A stretch of 64,000 nucleotides of DNA from Vicugna vicugna (lineage: Eukaryota), in NCBI GenBank assembly GCA_013265495.1, contig MU060486.1:248001-312000 (forward strand), read 5' to 3'. A model generated the notes under the pieces. That model saw only the letters and a program-made list of their open reading frames with translations. It was not told the origin of the DNA and searched no databases. A program made the position numbers and the translations under genes. This document shows positions 42,301 to 53,100 of this stretch, piece after piece (the first letter of the stretch is position 1; every line of letters begins with the position of its first letter).

Positions 42301-45300
42301 ATCTGAAGCCGTGGTCCTCTGACTTCCGGGTGCACCGGGACCATGGGGAGGCTGTGTCACAGCACAGGCTGCCCCCCTGCCCCACCAGTGTTCTGATTCA
42401 GGGGCTCTGGGGTGGGAACCAAGAATGTACATTTCTAATAAACCCCTGGAGATGCTTCCTGCTCGTCTGGGGACCACAGCCAAGGAGCACCGCTCCACAG
42501 CTGTCCTCTCTGGAAGTTCTGGCATTTCTTTACCCCAAGCTCACTTCACCCTCCTGTCCTAGCGTATATGATGCCTGTCTGTACTCTGCTAGTTACGTGT
42601 TAACATATGCTACATGCAAGGTCTTCAGAGATAAGGCCTACACCCCCAGCTTCCTGGCACCCCAGTCCCTGGCTGTGCAGGGGGGACACTCAGTACTGAC
42701 TGTGCTCTACGTGGCCACATTACAGTCGAGGTACCGGCCTTGGGCATTTCCAGGCTCCAGCCCCATGCTTGGCTGCAACCTGCGATAGCAGGACGAGCCA
42801 CTTGGGAGGAAGGACGGGCACGGTGCGCTCACAGCCGATGCTGCTGGCTGCGTGGGGACAGACGCCCACTAAGCCTGGTCGGCATCTTCAGAGCATGGGG
42901 GGTGTCTCTTAGGGACAGTCTGAGCACTAGGGGCAGTGGGGCAGACCGCGGACAGCAAAGGTCTGACCCCCCCAGGATCAAAGCCCTCTTGGGCTCAAGA
43001 AGCCAGATCTCTTGCCTCCCCAGAGCCAGTGCAGTGCCAGCCCTGCCCTGGGGGAGGCTCAGAAGGAGAAAATAATTTCAAGAGTGCTTTCAGTCTTGCA
43101 GCCCTGGGAGCTGGCCCTGACAACCCATTCCACAGAGCCTGTTCTCCCCGGACGGTGAGATTCTGGGGAACCTGGTGCCCCAGTTCCCAATCACTGGATT
43201 CTGGCCACAGTTTCAAGGCTCGGTCCTCAGATGCATACAGCTTGTGAGGCAGCGGCAGTGTGGTGCATCCCAAGCTACTGCTGCCACTTCTGCATGAAGT
43301 CCTGCTGTATTCTGTGATCACAGTGGGATGTGGACTTCTGTGCAGTGACACTTTGATCCATCTTATGCTACAAACAATCCACCTTCTCCTCCAAAGGCCA
43401 GGTGGTGTCCCAGCAGGCAGCCCCTGGGTAGTGAGTGAGAATCCACAAAGCTGCTAAAAAGGAGATGGCAGTTCAAACTTCGGGGGGAAGCTGGGGAAAG
43501 GTGAGCAACCACACTCGTTTTCAAATCCAGTACCTGTGCCCCCAGTGAGGTAAGGAAGGGCAGTGAGAAGGCAGGAACTGAGCCACTGGCCCCGTGGCAT
43601 GGGCTCCCCTACTCACACCTGCTGGGCCATTGCAACGGGAGCCCCTGTAGCTGGGAACTGACCCCTTTACTGGGGAACCTGGCAGCCCAATTCCCAAGCA
43701 CTGGTTTCTGGCCATAGTTTCCAGAGACAGACGGCTGAGCAAAGCCCCAGTGTCTGTGAACGTTAAGTGGGAAATTCCCAGTTTAGAGAGAGATGGTAAG
43801 AGAAGGGTGGGAAAATACACAGATGTGATCACACAGCCCAAAGGCAACATGCCGCAGGAGGCAGGGCCTCGGCTGCCGCCCAGCTGGACCAAGCCCACGG
43901 GAGACGGCCTCTCTCAGGGCGGCACGTCCTCCCTGCGCCCCCTCACCGCACGTCACGGATGAGTGACCAACGTGTCGTCTGACTGCAGCTCAACTGGGCT
44001 CTTTAGTTCATAACTTACAAGCCATTTGCAATGCTTCTGCAAACACCATGGGGAAAAGGGTAGGAACAGCAGCTGTACTTCGCTATTTGCCAGAAGTTTG
44101 GTTTCCCCTCGCACACACTGAAACATAGAACTCACGGCTGACCGGCTGGAGGTGTGGGCCTCTGTTGCATCCCCAAGATGCAGCCACAAGTCATCCTTAG
44201 TTCTCCCCAATCTCCACAGGCCCCCGGGACCAGCCACATCAAGCCAGGAGGAACCCATCGGTTCCTTGTTGGATAACTGCCATCTTGGGCCTCTTTCTCT
44301 GTCCTACAGAAGGAAATGACTTTTGCAGTCAGGATGTGCTCATGGGGAAACTTGCCACCAACGGCTGGGGCGTGAATCTGCCACCTGGAAGGAAACTGAG
44401 CCAGCTCTGCCTCGGGCTCATCCCGTGAAAGCTGCCCTGAGACCTGCTGCTGGGCCAGGCTTCACACTGGTCCTGGAAGAAACCCGAGATGACCAGGGAA
44501 AAGGACCTCTTCCTCATCCCGACATTCTGGTGAAGACTGCTGCCTCACACATCCACTCAGACCTCCTGGGCCTGGAAACTCTGGGGGCAGTAGCGGCCCA
44601 GGCCGCCCACACCTAGAGGGCCACCAGCTCTGCTCCACACCCTGCAACAACTTATCAATTGGCCAGAATCAATGCATTTCATCCCAGCCTGCTTTCTACT
44701 CAGTGTCTCATGGCTTAATGAATTAAAATACAGTAAGCCTCTGGAGTTTTACAAGCACAGGCCTGATATGGGCTGATGAATTTAGATACATTCAGTGGCT
44801 CTTTTAAAGTTTTTTAAAAAAAAATACAGATATCTCTTTGGCTTTGGGGTGCAGGATTATCAGGTCTGCCTTCTCTGCAAGAGTGACCTTCCAATGACCT
44901 TTGTCTCCATTAGTCTCCAAGGTTGCCCAGCTCTGCATTACACCCTCCACGTGTGCTCCCCCGAGGATCCCAACTAACCACGGTCTCTCCATCTTCAGGC
45001 CTCCCCCCAGTACTCCTCATGTCCACACTGCATTCTCCAAAAATGCAGGCCATAGAGTGACGTGGGAGATGCCCCAACCACACTTCGTTGGTGTCAGAAC
45101 ACAGACCAAGCTGCTGGAAAGGGCACACCAGACGCAGGAAGAATCCCGACGCGGCTCAAAAACTTACTGGCGATGACCCAGAAACACATATGGCACGGGC
45201 AGATAAATTGGGGTCAACGTTCAAACTGCAACACCTTCGAGGCCGGCTCAGCATAGGATGGGCCATGGCCCGACGGCTCTCACCTTCCTATATTCAGGGA

Positions 45301-48300
45301 GAAACCAGCCTCCACTGGGCCCAGGAGAGTGTGATGGAAGAAGCCCACAAAAGTGAGAAAGGGCACCCAGCAGCAAGGCTTCCCTCGTGGAGGTGCTTCC
45401 GCGGCCTGGAGTAGGGGCTGCACCTGCGCCGGGAGGGCACGCCACAGCCTGAGCGGGACGCCAGCCTCCAACAGGCAGCAGCAGAGCAAAGCCGCACCCT
45501 CCCACTCCTTTGCTCGGATAACACTCTCAGATCTGACCACCGTGTCCAGGCAGCAGTCACTTCTTGGGCACCCACCTTGTGCTGGCCGCTGAGACCAGAG
45601 GTTAGCCACCAGACTGCTGATGGACTGAAGGCAGTCCTTGGCTCCAGGGGCTCAGAACTTAGTGAGGGAGACAAATTGAAAAAAAAAAAAAAAGAAAAAA
45701 GAAATTCACCAGCTTACCCAACTCACTTGCAAAGAGGCACCAACGAGGCCTCCACAAGAACAGCGGACACAATGCTTCAGCTGGCCTGGGGAGGCCAGAG
45801 AGGGCTTTCTGCTGGACGCCATGTCTGCTGGGCTGTGAGAATGAGTGTGCTTAGGTGGAAGGGCATTCCTCCAAGACAGATGTTCACATACAAAGCGAAG
45901 ATGCCAAGACTCTCGAAGGGATGTGATGTTTTGAGGGAACTACATGTAGTGGGATGAGGGCTGGAGAAAGGCAGCTCAGGACAGAGCTGCATACTCTTCC
46001 CCTTCACTAGGGAGCCACTGAGGGGAATTCTAAGGAGCGGCCTGACAGTGCCACAATGCCTTTTTGAAAGTTCACTCTTAAAAAAGATGAACGGAAGGAA
46101 AAAGAACACAAAGGCAGGGAGACCAGTTAAGGGACTGCCACACACAGAAACAAGCAGGGTGGCGGCCGTGCCAAGAACAGAGGGGAGCGCAGATCCAAGG
46201 AGAGGCTGCCAGGGAGGACCCAACGGGACGCTGGGAGGAGGGACCAAGGGTCCAGAAGCCTCCCAGACTTCTGAGGCTTCAGGGACCCTGGCGACACGTC
46301 CAAATGGAGAAAACAGGAGAAGCAGAGGGGCCAGGGCTGGAGCAGGAAAAGAAGGGGGTTTCTGGCTTGAGGGCGTCTCCAAGGGGCCTGCAGGGTGTCA
46401 CCTGCAGGCAGCTGAAAACACGGGCATGGAACTGAGCAGAGTTCAAATTGGGGAGCCACCTGAGTCTGGGACAACACTGGACTTGTGGGCGCAGGTGACG
46501 CTGCCACAGCACAGCCCAGAGTGAGAAGGGAGGGGACAAAAGTGACCCCTCTTCCTACCCGCCTCCAAAACCAAGATCAACACAGGAGCTCTTCTAAGCA
46601 GGCCTGGGCCCCTGTGAGGATTGGGGTCTAAGAGGATCGAAGCATCAGGTCACCAGACAGCCGTCTCTGTAAGGACTCCATGGAGACCCTCCTCTCGGGT
46701 TGTCCCTCATGCTGGTGGGCCTCTGGAAGAGGTGGACCAGCAGAACAGGGGTCGTTAGCCTGGCATGAATGTCCTGTGGACAGTGTGCAGGGAATCAGGG
46801 GTGACGTTTTAAAGATCCAGCCCCTGGAAACTTCTTGTTGGATCAAACTTAACAGGCAAGAGAAGACGATGTGGTCATCTTAACTCCTCTCGTCAGGCAC
46901 CCATGGCCGGGCCACGCCCTGCACCTCTCATACCAGCGGCTCCAGTCCTCAGGGGCCCAGCAGAGTCAGAGTCATGAGACAAGCATCATTTAACCCACGC
47001 ACCCTGTCTGCTTGACCCTCAATCATGCAGCAGGCTGTCCCTCTCACTAATGCAGGTAGGATGCATGCACTTCCATCAGGAGGAGAGAGAAATTAATCAC
47101 AAGAACAAGGAGGCTAATTACATAAACTGCTTCATTTCCAAGCTGTGGAACTCTTCCAGGGAAGCAGGGAAGGGAAGAAAGAAGGAGGGAAAAAAGAACC
47201 AAATCCAAGAGACTGTGGTTGATAAGGAGAATAATTTTGAGTTAAAATGGAAACCAATGAGCCAGGTGGCCCCACAGAGTAAGACCGTCTCGTATCACCC
47301 TCACGACCAGACCTGAGAGTCTGACCAAAGTTCCCCATTTCATGCACAGTCGAGAAAGCAATGGAGCAGAAAACCACGGACCACAACCTCGGGGAAGTAG
47401 ACTCCAGCGCTGCTGGTGCCCTGAGGTCAGCTCGCTGAGCATCCTGGTACAGAGCACACGCACACCACCCCCGCACGAAGCATGGTCCCTTGACACCTCA
47501 GCGTTCTCACCAGGTGACTTCTGTTATCACCCCGGCCTCACAGGTGAGAAAGCCAAGGCCCAGATAGGGGTGCAGCTTCCCCAAAGTCACAGGTCAGCTC
47601 AGCCCAGAGTGCTCAGGGACTCATGAAGAGCTGTCAGGGGAGCAGTGAAGGTTCTGAGCAGATTCAGCAGGGGTGCCATTCTGGGATCCAAGGAGTTAGG
47701 CAAGAAAGTGGGCAGTGTCAGCAAGCAGCCTCCTCAAACCCTCTCACTTGCTGGGAGGGAGGCCCTGACACCGTCCCCAGAAAGGAGCATTGCTGGGCGG
47801 GGCATTCGGTTACTGCATCGCCCCTGGGTGATGGCATACACACAGACTACACGTGCCTGTCTGCATCCAAAGGAGAGCCAAGGATCCATGCAGTAAGTAA
47901 CCTTAGCACTACGGCGAGGAAATGCTGATTCTTTTGGGTTCACCCCAGCTAGCCAGGGGCTCCTTACTAGCGGTGATTTTACCTCCTAGGGATGTGAGAC
48001 ATCCCTGTGGCCACACTGGAAGGCGTTTCTGGTCTCTGGTGGGCAGAGGCCGGAGAGGCTGTTAAACATCCTACCATGACAAAGACTCATCAGGTTCACA
48101 ACGTGGACAGCACTGCGGGTGAGAGACCCCACCCAAGCAGAAGCAGGGGAGCAAAGTGAACGGAGCTTGCTCTTCAGCCCTCTTTCTAGGACATAAAAGG
48201 CCACTTGTATTCTGGGTTTAAAATAAGAACAGAAAGGTTCCTGTGGGGCCAGCCAGCCTCCAACCTGATCTCCTTTTCTTAAATACCAGAGACTGGGCTG

Positions 48301-49234
48301 CAGAAGCAGGCCACACAGCTGCTCTCAGTACTGCAGGGCTCCAGCGCATCCCGCCCTGTGAAAGGGGAAGGCAGGTTCTGTGCTGGGCTCTCCAGACAGG
48401 ACAGCGAGCATCCAAGGAGCTGTCCTAGGAAATCCCCCTAGGAGCAGTCCCAGGCGATCCCGTACACAGGGAGAGCGTGTGGCATGGGGTGTGAATTTTC
48501 TGCCAGGGGTTTTTCAGCCCACACAGGTTACTTACTGTGAATCTGCTCCTGAGCCAATGACAGGGGCAATTTATTTCAGGAGTGCCTACGAGTTTTAATA
48601 AACACAAGATCCAAACGGCCTTAGAACTGGAGAAAACCCGTGATGACTGGCAGCTCCAAAACCTGTACCGTTGCCGCCCCTTATGTCTATTTGTGGTGAC
48701 TAGTCACCATGTTTGAAGACTGATTCGGGAAATTCTATTTAATTTGGGTCTTAGGAGCGCGTTTCTTTGTGTTTAAGGAGAAGGTGAGACTACTCAAAAC
48801 TAGTTCTAATCAAGAAGTCTCAGGAATACTGGCTGGGCGGACAGAAGGGCCGCGCTGGAGTTCGCGGCGCCGCTTCCCCAGCAGCTGGGAGCGAAGGCGG
48901 GATGTGAGGGCGGGTGGGCCACCGGGAGAAGAAGGGGCGGGCGGGACGGGGGCCCGGGGCCGGGGTTGGGGGTCAGGGGTCGGGGCCGGGGCGGCCCGGG
49001 CCCGCACTCACCGATCTGCCCGATGAACTCGACCTTGATGCCCTGGTGCTCCAGCCGCTTGTTGGGGTTCTTGAGCGCCAGGCTCACCTTGCCGGACACC
49101 GTCTCCCCGTCGTAGAAGAGGAAGTACTTGTCCTTCTTCCCGTCCTCCGTCTTGTGCTCGGCCCGCTTCCTGCTGTCCGCATCGTTCAGCAGGATGTCCA
49201 CCTCCACGCTCTGCCCGAAGCCGAAGAAGCTCAT
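33162..49234 (-). CDS. VPS26B: Retromer subunit VPS26B; whole-gene CDS span, 6 exons; the 3' end of exon 2 is disrupted in this sequence
   Basis: join(complement) 49012-49234, [41530-41657 recognisable; expected end 41501], 37473-37637, 35243-35418, 33660-33802, 33162-33308. [12 protein letters not shown]..., [24 protein letters not shown]-tail [15 protein letters not shown] (B-paralogue type). Confidence 0.96.
33660..33802 (-). CDS. VPS26B: VPS26B exon 5
   Basis: cag|GA GAG TCC ... CAG CAG|gtgaa; [12 protein letters not shown]...YFKQQ; 143 nt. Confidence 0.97.
35137..35262. repeat. 32-34 bp minisatellite, ~4 units; the last unit overlaps the VPS26B exon 4 donor
   Basis: Units start at 35137, 35169, 35202 (AGCCCAGCTCTCC...) and 35236 (AGCCCACCTCGC...). 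Confidence 0.85.
35243..35418 (-). CDS. VPS26B: VPS26B exon 4
   Basis: cag|A TAC CAC ... CGA G|gtggg; [13 protein letters not shown]...DGAPVR; 176 nt. Confidence 0.97.
37473..37637 (-). CDS. VPS26B: VPS26B exon 3
   Basis: cag|G TAT TTC ... TCC AA|gtgag; [10 protein letters not shown]...EYNKS; 165 nt. Confidence 0.97.
38929..39430 (+). mobile_element. LINE-1 3' fragment (same young family) in VPS26B intron 2, containing a 143-N gap
   Basis: GGAAAACAGTATGGAG...CATATGATCCAGCAATCCCACTCCTGGG; AGCCAGAAAGAGAAAGAAAA; ends at ACAGAAACAGACT without an A-tail. Confidence 0.9.
39148..39290. other. Assembly gap (143 N) inside an L1 3' end
   Basis: N run counted directly. Confidence 0.99.
40020..40540 (-). 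mobile_element. Old L1M (L1MB/MC-like) 3' fragment, GC-shifted
   Basis: GGTGCACAGTTCAGTGGCATGAAGTAC, CAGCCCCTGGCAGCCACC, GTCCATTCACTCGTC, CGCCATACTGTTTTC resemble the antisense L1M 3' consensus (from memory). Confidence 0.8.
41530..41657 (-). CDS. VPS26B: VPS26B exon 2, recognisable portion only (ELYYDRG...EKPYE); the expected terminal SYTGQNVKLR and donor are absent
   Basis: cag|AA CTC TAC TAT ... CCC TAT GAG, then unrelated TTGGCGACAAGG...; no GT at the position that would give the usual 157-nt exon. Confidence 0.9.
41930..42120 (+). mobile_element. MIR SINE relic with an internal 14-bp tandem (TCAGTGACTGTGG, 42023-42060)
   Basis: ACAACCTTGTGAGATAG...CCCATGTAACAGGTAAGGAAGCAGAGGCCCAG...GGCCAAGTCACAG is MIR-core-like. 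Similar MIR traces at ~36330, ~47530, ~51480 and ~62260. Confidence 0.6.
49012..49234 (-). CDS. VPS26B: VPS26B exon 1 coding part
   Basis: ATG at 49234; ATC G|gtgag; MSFFGFGQ...EFIGQI; 223 nt. Confidence 0.97.
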
Positions 49235-50132
49235 GTCCTCGCCGGGCCGGCCGGGCCTGGGAAGGCCAGGGGGCTGGACGCGGCGCCGACGCCCGCGTTC
49301 GCCGAGCCGGCGCGGTTCCCGGGCAGCGCGGAGCCGGCGCGAGGCCCCCGGCCGCCGGTGCGTGCGGCGCCCACCAGCCTGCCAGCCGCCCCGCCCGGGA
49401 GCAGCGCCCGCCGCCTCGGCCGCTCAGCGGGACGCCCCGGACTCACCGCGCGCATGCGCACGCCCCCGCCCCTCCGGCCTGGCCGCCGCGCCTTCCGCCG
49501 GAGCGCGCACTGCGCACGCGCGCCGAGCGCGCCTCCCGGCCTTCCCGCAGTTGGCATGGCGGCCACGACCTCCTTCCAGAACTCGGGCTAGACGTCCCCC
49601 CAAATTCAGAATTAAAGATGTCGCTACTCGATGCTTTTCCCCCCGCTTTTCTTTTATTGTTTTAGTTCGGTAGACAGTAGACGGTAGGCTGCCACCCACA
49701 TTCGGATGTGTACAATGTTTGATAGCTGTCTGACGGGAAAACGGGGCCCTTTCACACACGCGCGTAACGCCGCTTGACAGGGGGCAAAGGTTACAATTAC
49801 AGCAGGAAGTATCCTGTCTCAGATTCCCTTCAGGGTGTCCCCCACTTAGGAAAAATGAGCCGGGAAGACACCACTAGATTTAGCTCGCTTCTTGACCTCC
49901 TTCTTTCACGGGAAAGCAGACAACCACCACCCAAACCTCGGCAGCATCCACCGTCCTGGGCCCGCCCCACCCCTTGCGCATGCATCAGAAGACCCTGCTG
50001 ATTGGCTGACGGGACTGAGCGGCCGGGCGCGGTGATTGGTCGGTGCGAATTCCGTGTTGCGATTGGGCCGCAGTACGGCTTAGGCGCGCGCGCGGGAGCG
50101 AGCTTTGAAAGTTGAGGCGAGCGGCGGTCGTG

Positions 50133-50193
50133 ATGGCGCGGCCCAGCCTGGGGAGCGGCCTGCAGCCATGGTCCCCGCTGGACCTCAGTCGGG
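50133..50193 (+). CDS. NCAPD3: NCAPD3 exon 1 coding part
   Basis: GTG ATG G (strong Kozak); CGG G|gtgag; 61 nt. Confidence 0.9.
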
Positions 50194-53100
50194 GTGAGGA
50201 CGCGGCCCGAGTCTGGGGCGCCGGGGGAGGGGCGCTCGGCCCCGGGAGGCCGGGGTCCGGGGCTGGGGAGGGCCGGCGCTGGGCGGCGACGTTGGCCGGG
50301 TCTCTGAGGCTCCTTTGCCGCTTCTTGGCCTTGCCTCCTGTTCTGCGCCGACAGCCTCTCAGGCGCCGAGGTTTTAGCTGATTGTTTGTTGGCCGGACTG
50401 ACCTCCTGCACAGGTGTTGAGGGGGCACGGGTGTGGCTGGCGTCCTCGGGCGCCCGGCGTCACTGAAGGCCAGTGGGCCCCCCAGCCGCTGGTGGCGGCA
50501 GCCCCTCGTCCCCACGCCATAGGAAAAACGGATTCAGCGCGTGAGGAGGGCCGGGTCCCAGGTTTCTGGGGAGCCCCTGGGAGGCGCCCCACCAGGTATG
50601 GGTCCCCGGCTTCCCGCAGGAAAGAATTCAAGAGCGAGCCACTGCTGAGTAAAGGCAGATTTACTTAGAGAGATGCACACTGCATAGAGTGCAGGCTGTT
50701 TCAGAAGGCAAGAGAAAGGCCAAGAGGTGTAGGGTTGGGTGCTCGGGCTTAAGTAAAAGTAGGTACACACTCCACAGACCGAGTGCGGGTGGTCTCCGAA
50801 GAGGAGGAAGCAAGAGAGACGCGGCCACAAGGCGTCGTGTTGCCAGCGTTTGTGGGCTGAGTAGCTTCAGGCCTACAAGTGGGAGGACCATTCCGTGTAC
50901 CCTGGGGAAGGGGTGGGGATTCCCAGGAATTTGCCACGGCCCACTCTTTGACCTTCTGTGATTATCCTTGGGACTGTCATGGCCTCTCTGGGCATGTTGT
51001 GTATCATGCTACTCTGTCACCATCAGCATATAATGAAGCTCAAGATCTACTAGAAGTCAGGTCTCCCTCAAGGCCTACTGGGAGTTGAATCTTCCGCCAT
51101 ACTGGTGCTAATTGCTGTTATTCCCTGAATGTCTGTGCGCTGCCCTCTTCTTCCTTGTCTCAAGCCTGTCGCCTGTCCGCTGCCGGCCTGGGCACTTGGG
51201 GCGCAATCTGCCTCTTTCTGGGACTTGCATTCTGGCCCCACCCCGCTCCCCTGCCAGGATCACTTGAAAATACCGGCGTGACCCTGCCAAGTCTTCGAAC
51301 CATTAGTGGCTCCCCTTAGCTTCTTAAGTAATGACTGCTTGTCTGGCCTGTGCATGAGAGCCCTCCGCATACCCTGTGGTGGTCCCTTCCGAGAGTGTGA
51401 ACTTTGGAGTCAGCCAGGGACTGATCTCTTGGTCCACCGCTTGGCATTGTGGATCGCGGGCCAGTTGGTTAACCTTGCTAAGCCTCGGTTCCTTATGTGT
51501 CAAATGGGAATAATACTGTCTGTGTCCTGGGGATTTATGAAGGTTAATTTAGTACCTGCGCATGCTAACTGCTGAGTAAATACTGATAACAGCTCACCCT
51601 TCACGGGGAACTCAGTGCTGTAACTGTTCTGTTACAAACAGGTCACACTTTATTTCCCCCCCTTGCTTTGTTATGGGGTCCTCTCTGTCCAGGATGCACT
51701 TTTCTGCATGTCTTTCCCTGGTAACCCCACGTGTAGGTGCAACTGAAGAAGAATCCTCATGTCACCTCTGTCCCTCCCCTCCTCCAGTAATCTATCTGCT
51801 CTCTACTGTTGTACTGGGCTACTGCTGTTTTAACACCCACCCATTGTAAGCTTAATAATAGCTATCATTTATTGAATATATTGATTTCCTAACACCAGAT
51901 CTTTTACCTCTGAGCCTTGGTAATTCCGAATCAGAAGTGAGATCAGAAATACAGGTGTGTGTTTAAAAATATGCATATAAAATAAAGGGTGGAATGTATG
52001 GGGAAAAGGCAGGAAAAGATGCAAGAAGATGATTGTATTTATTAAGAGAACAATTAGGAAAGAGCAAGTGAGTGATGAAAGCAGGTGAAACAGTTCTGCT
52101 TGGCTGCACGTCTCCCCAGACCCCACCTTACTCAGGGATGAGCCTTGAGGTCTCTGTGGTGCAGAACATGCCTTAACTTGTCCCTTCTTTCCTGGATTAC
52201 TGACAGGTTTTTCAATTAGAAATTTCTCTTCATGGAATCTATACTATCTTAAGGATCTTTCTTGTCGATATACTCAGAATTGTCATGCTGTTTGTATATT
52301 CCAGTTGTCAGCAATGATTAAAGCCTGTTTCCTTAAAAAAAAAAAAAGCACGTTAAATAGTCGTTGCCTCAGGTGTCCCTTTGCACTGTTACTTTATTTG
52401 GGTTTATTGACTTGGCTATAAGAATTTTACAAAGGGGCAGGTGAGGTAATCTTTTATTAACCTTCTCTTTCCTCTCCAGATTAAATATATTGGAAAGCTG
52501 GATCATATCCCAAAACTATTATATCTAAAAAGTATTTTTGTTCTTGATATTTTTAGAAGATGACCAACCTAATGACCAACTGTTAGTTATGATCAAAAAA
52601 CGATTTCCTTAACCTTTTTTGCTTGTGTCTAATTATGCTGCACCTGTATGGTGTGGTTAAGTGAGACTTGCACTGGTATAGTTTTCTGTTCTTGAATGTA
52701 CCTGGTGTCTAAAGCTTATTGGTGTTTACTTGTTGTAAAACATTTGTTGGTTTAATTGCATCTTCCCACTAGAATGGGTGGACGCAGTGTGGGAATTGGA
52801 GTTCACAGAGACTGAGCCTCTGGATCCCAGCATTGAAGCAGAGATCGTGGAGAATGGATTAAGTGCGTTCACAAAACTCTATGACAGTCTTCTCCCTTTT
52901 GCTATTGAAGAACATGGATCTACAGAGGTAAAAAAATTTTTTTAATCAAACTAGCCATCTTTATTTGCTAGAAGTAGAGGGCAAAAGTCATTGTCATCTA
53001 AAGCGTAGCTTTTTTCAGTGTATAGTTCATAAGGAGCACAGTGAGCAGCACGAGAGTGGGGTCCACTCGCCAGTGTGCCCTCACAGCCTTTCTCCCAAAG

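Larger units (their letters stand above)
48840..50600. promoter_or_regulatory. CpG island, bidirectional promoter VPS26B/NCAPD3
   Basis: Dense CpG; divergent ATGs at 49234 and 50133; NRF1-type GCGCATGCGC at 49450-49459; inverted CCAAT boxes at 50001, 50035, 50062; CHR TTTGAA at 50104-50109. Edges approximate. Confidence 0.9.

Noticed and set aside
45777-46524. 201-aa (-) and 158-aa (+) overlapping ORFs in VPS26B intron 1
   Set aside because: Low-complexity, no domain, no convincing exon structure.
48914-49673. 225-aa and 181-aa ORFs over VPS26B exon 1
   Set aside because: Antisense or alternative-frame shadows of a GC-rich coding exon and CpG island.
50130-50135. NCAPD3 start reads GTG ATG where human has ATG GTG
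   Set aside because: It is a one-codon shift with a strong Kozak context, and the extreme N-terminus varies among mammals.
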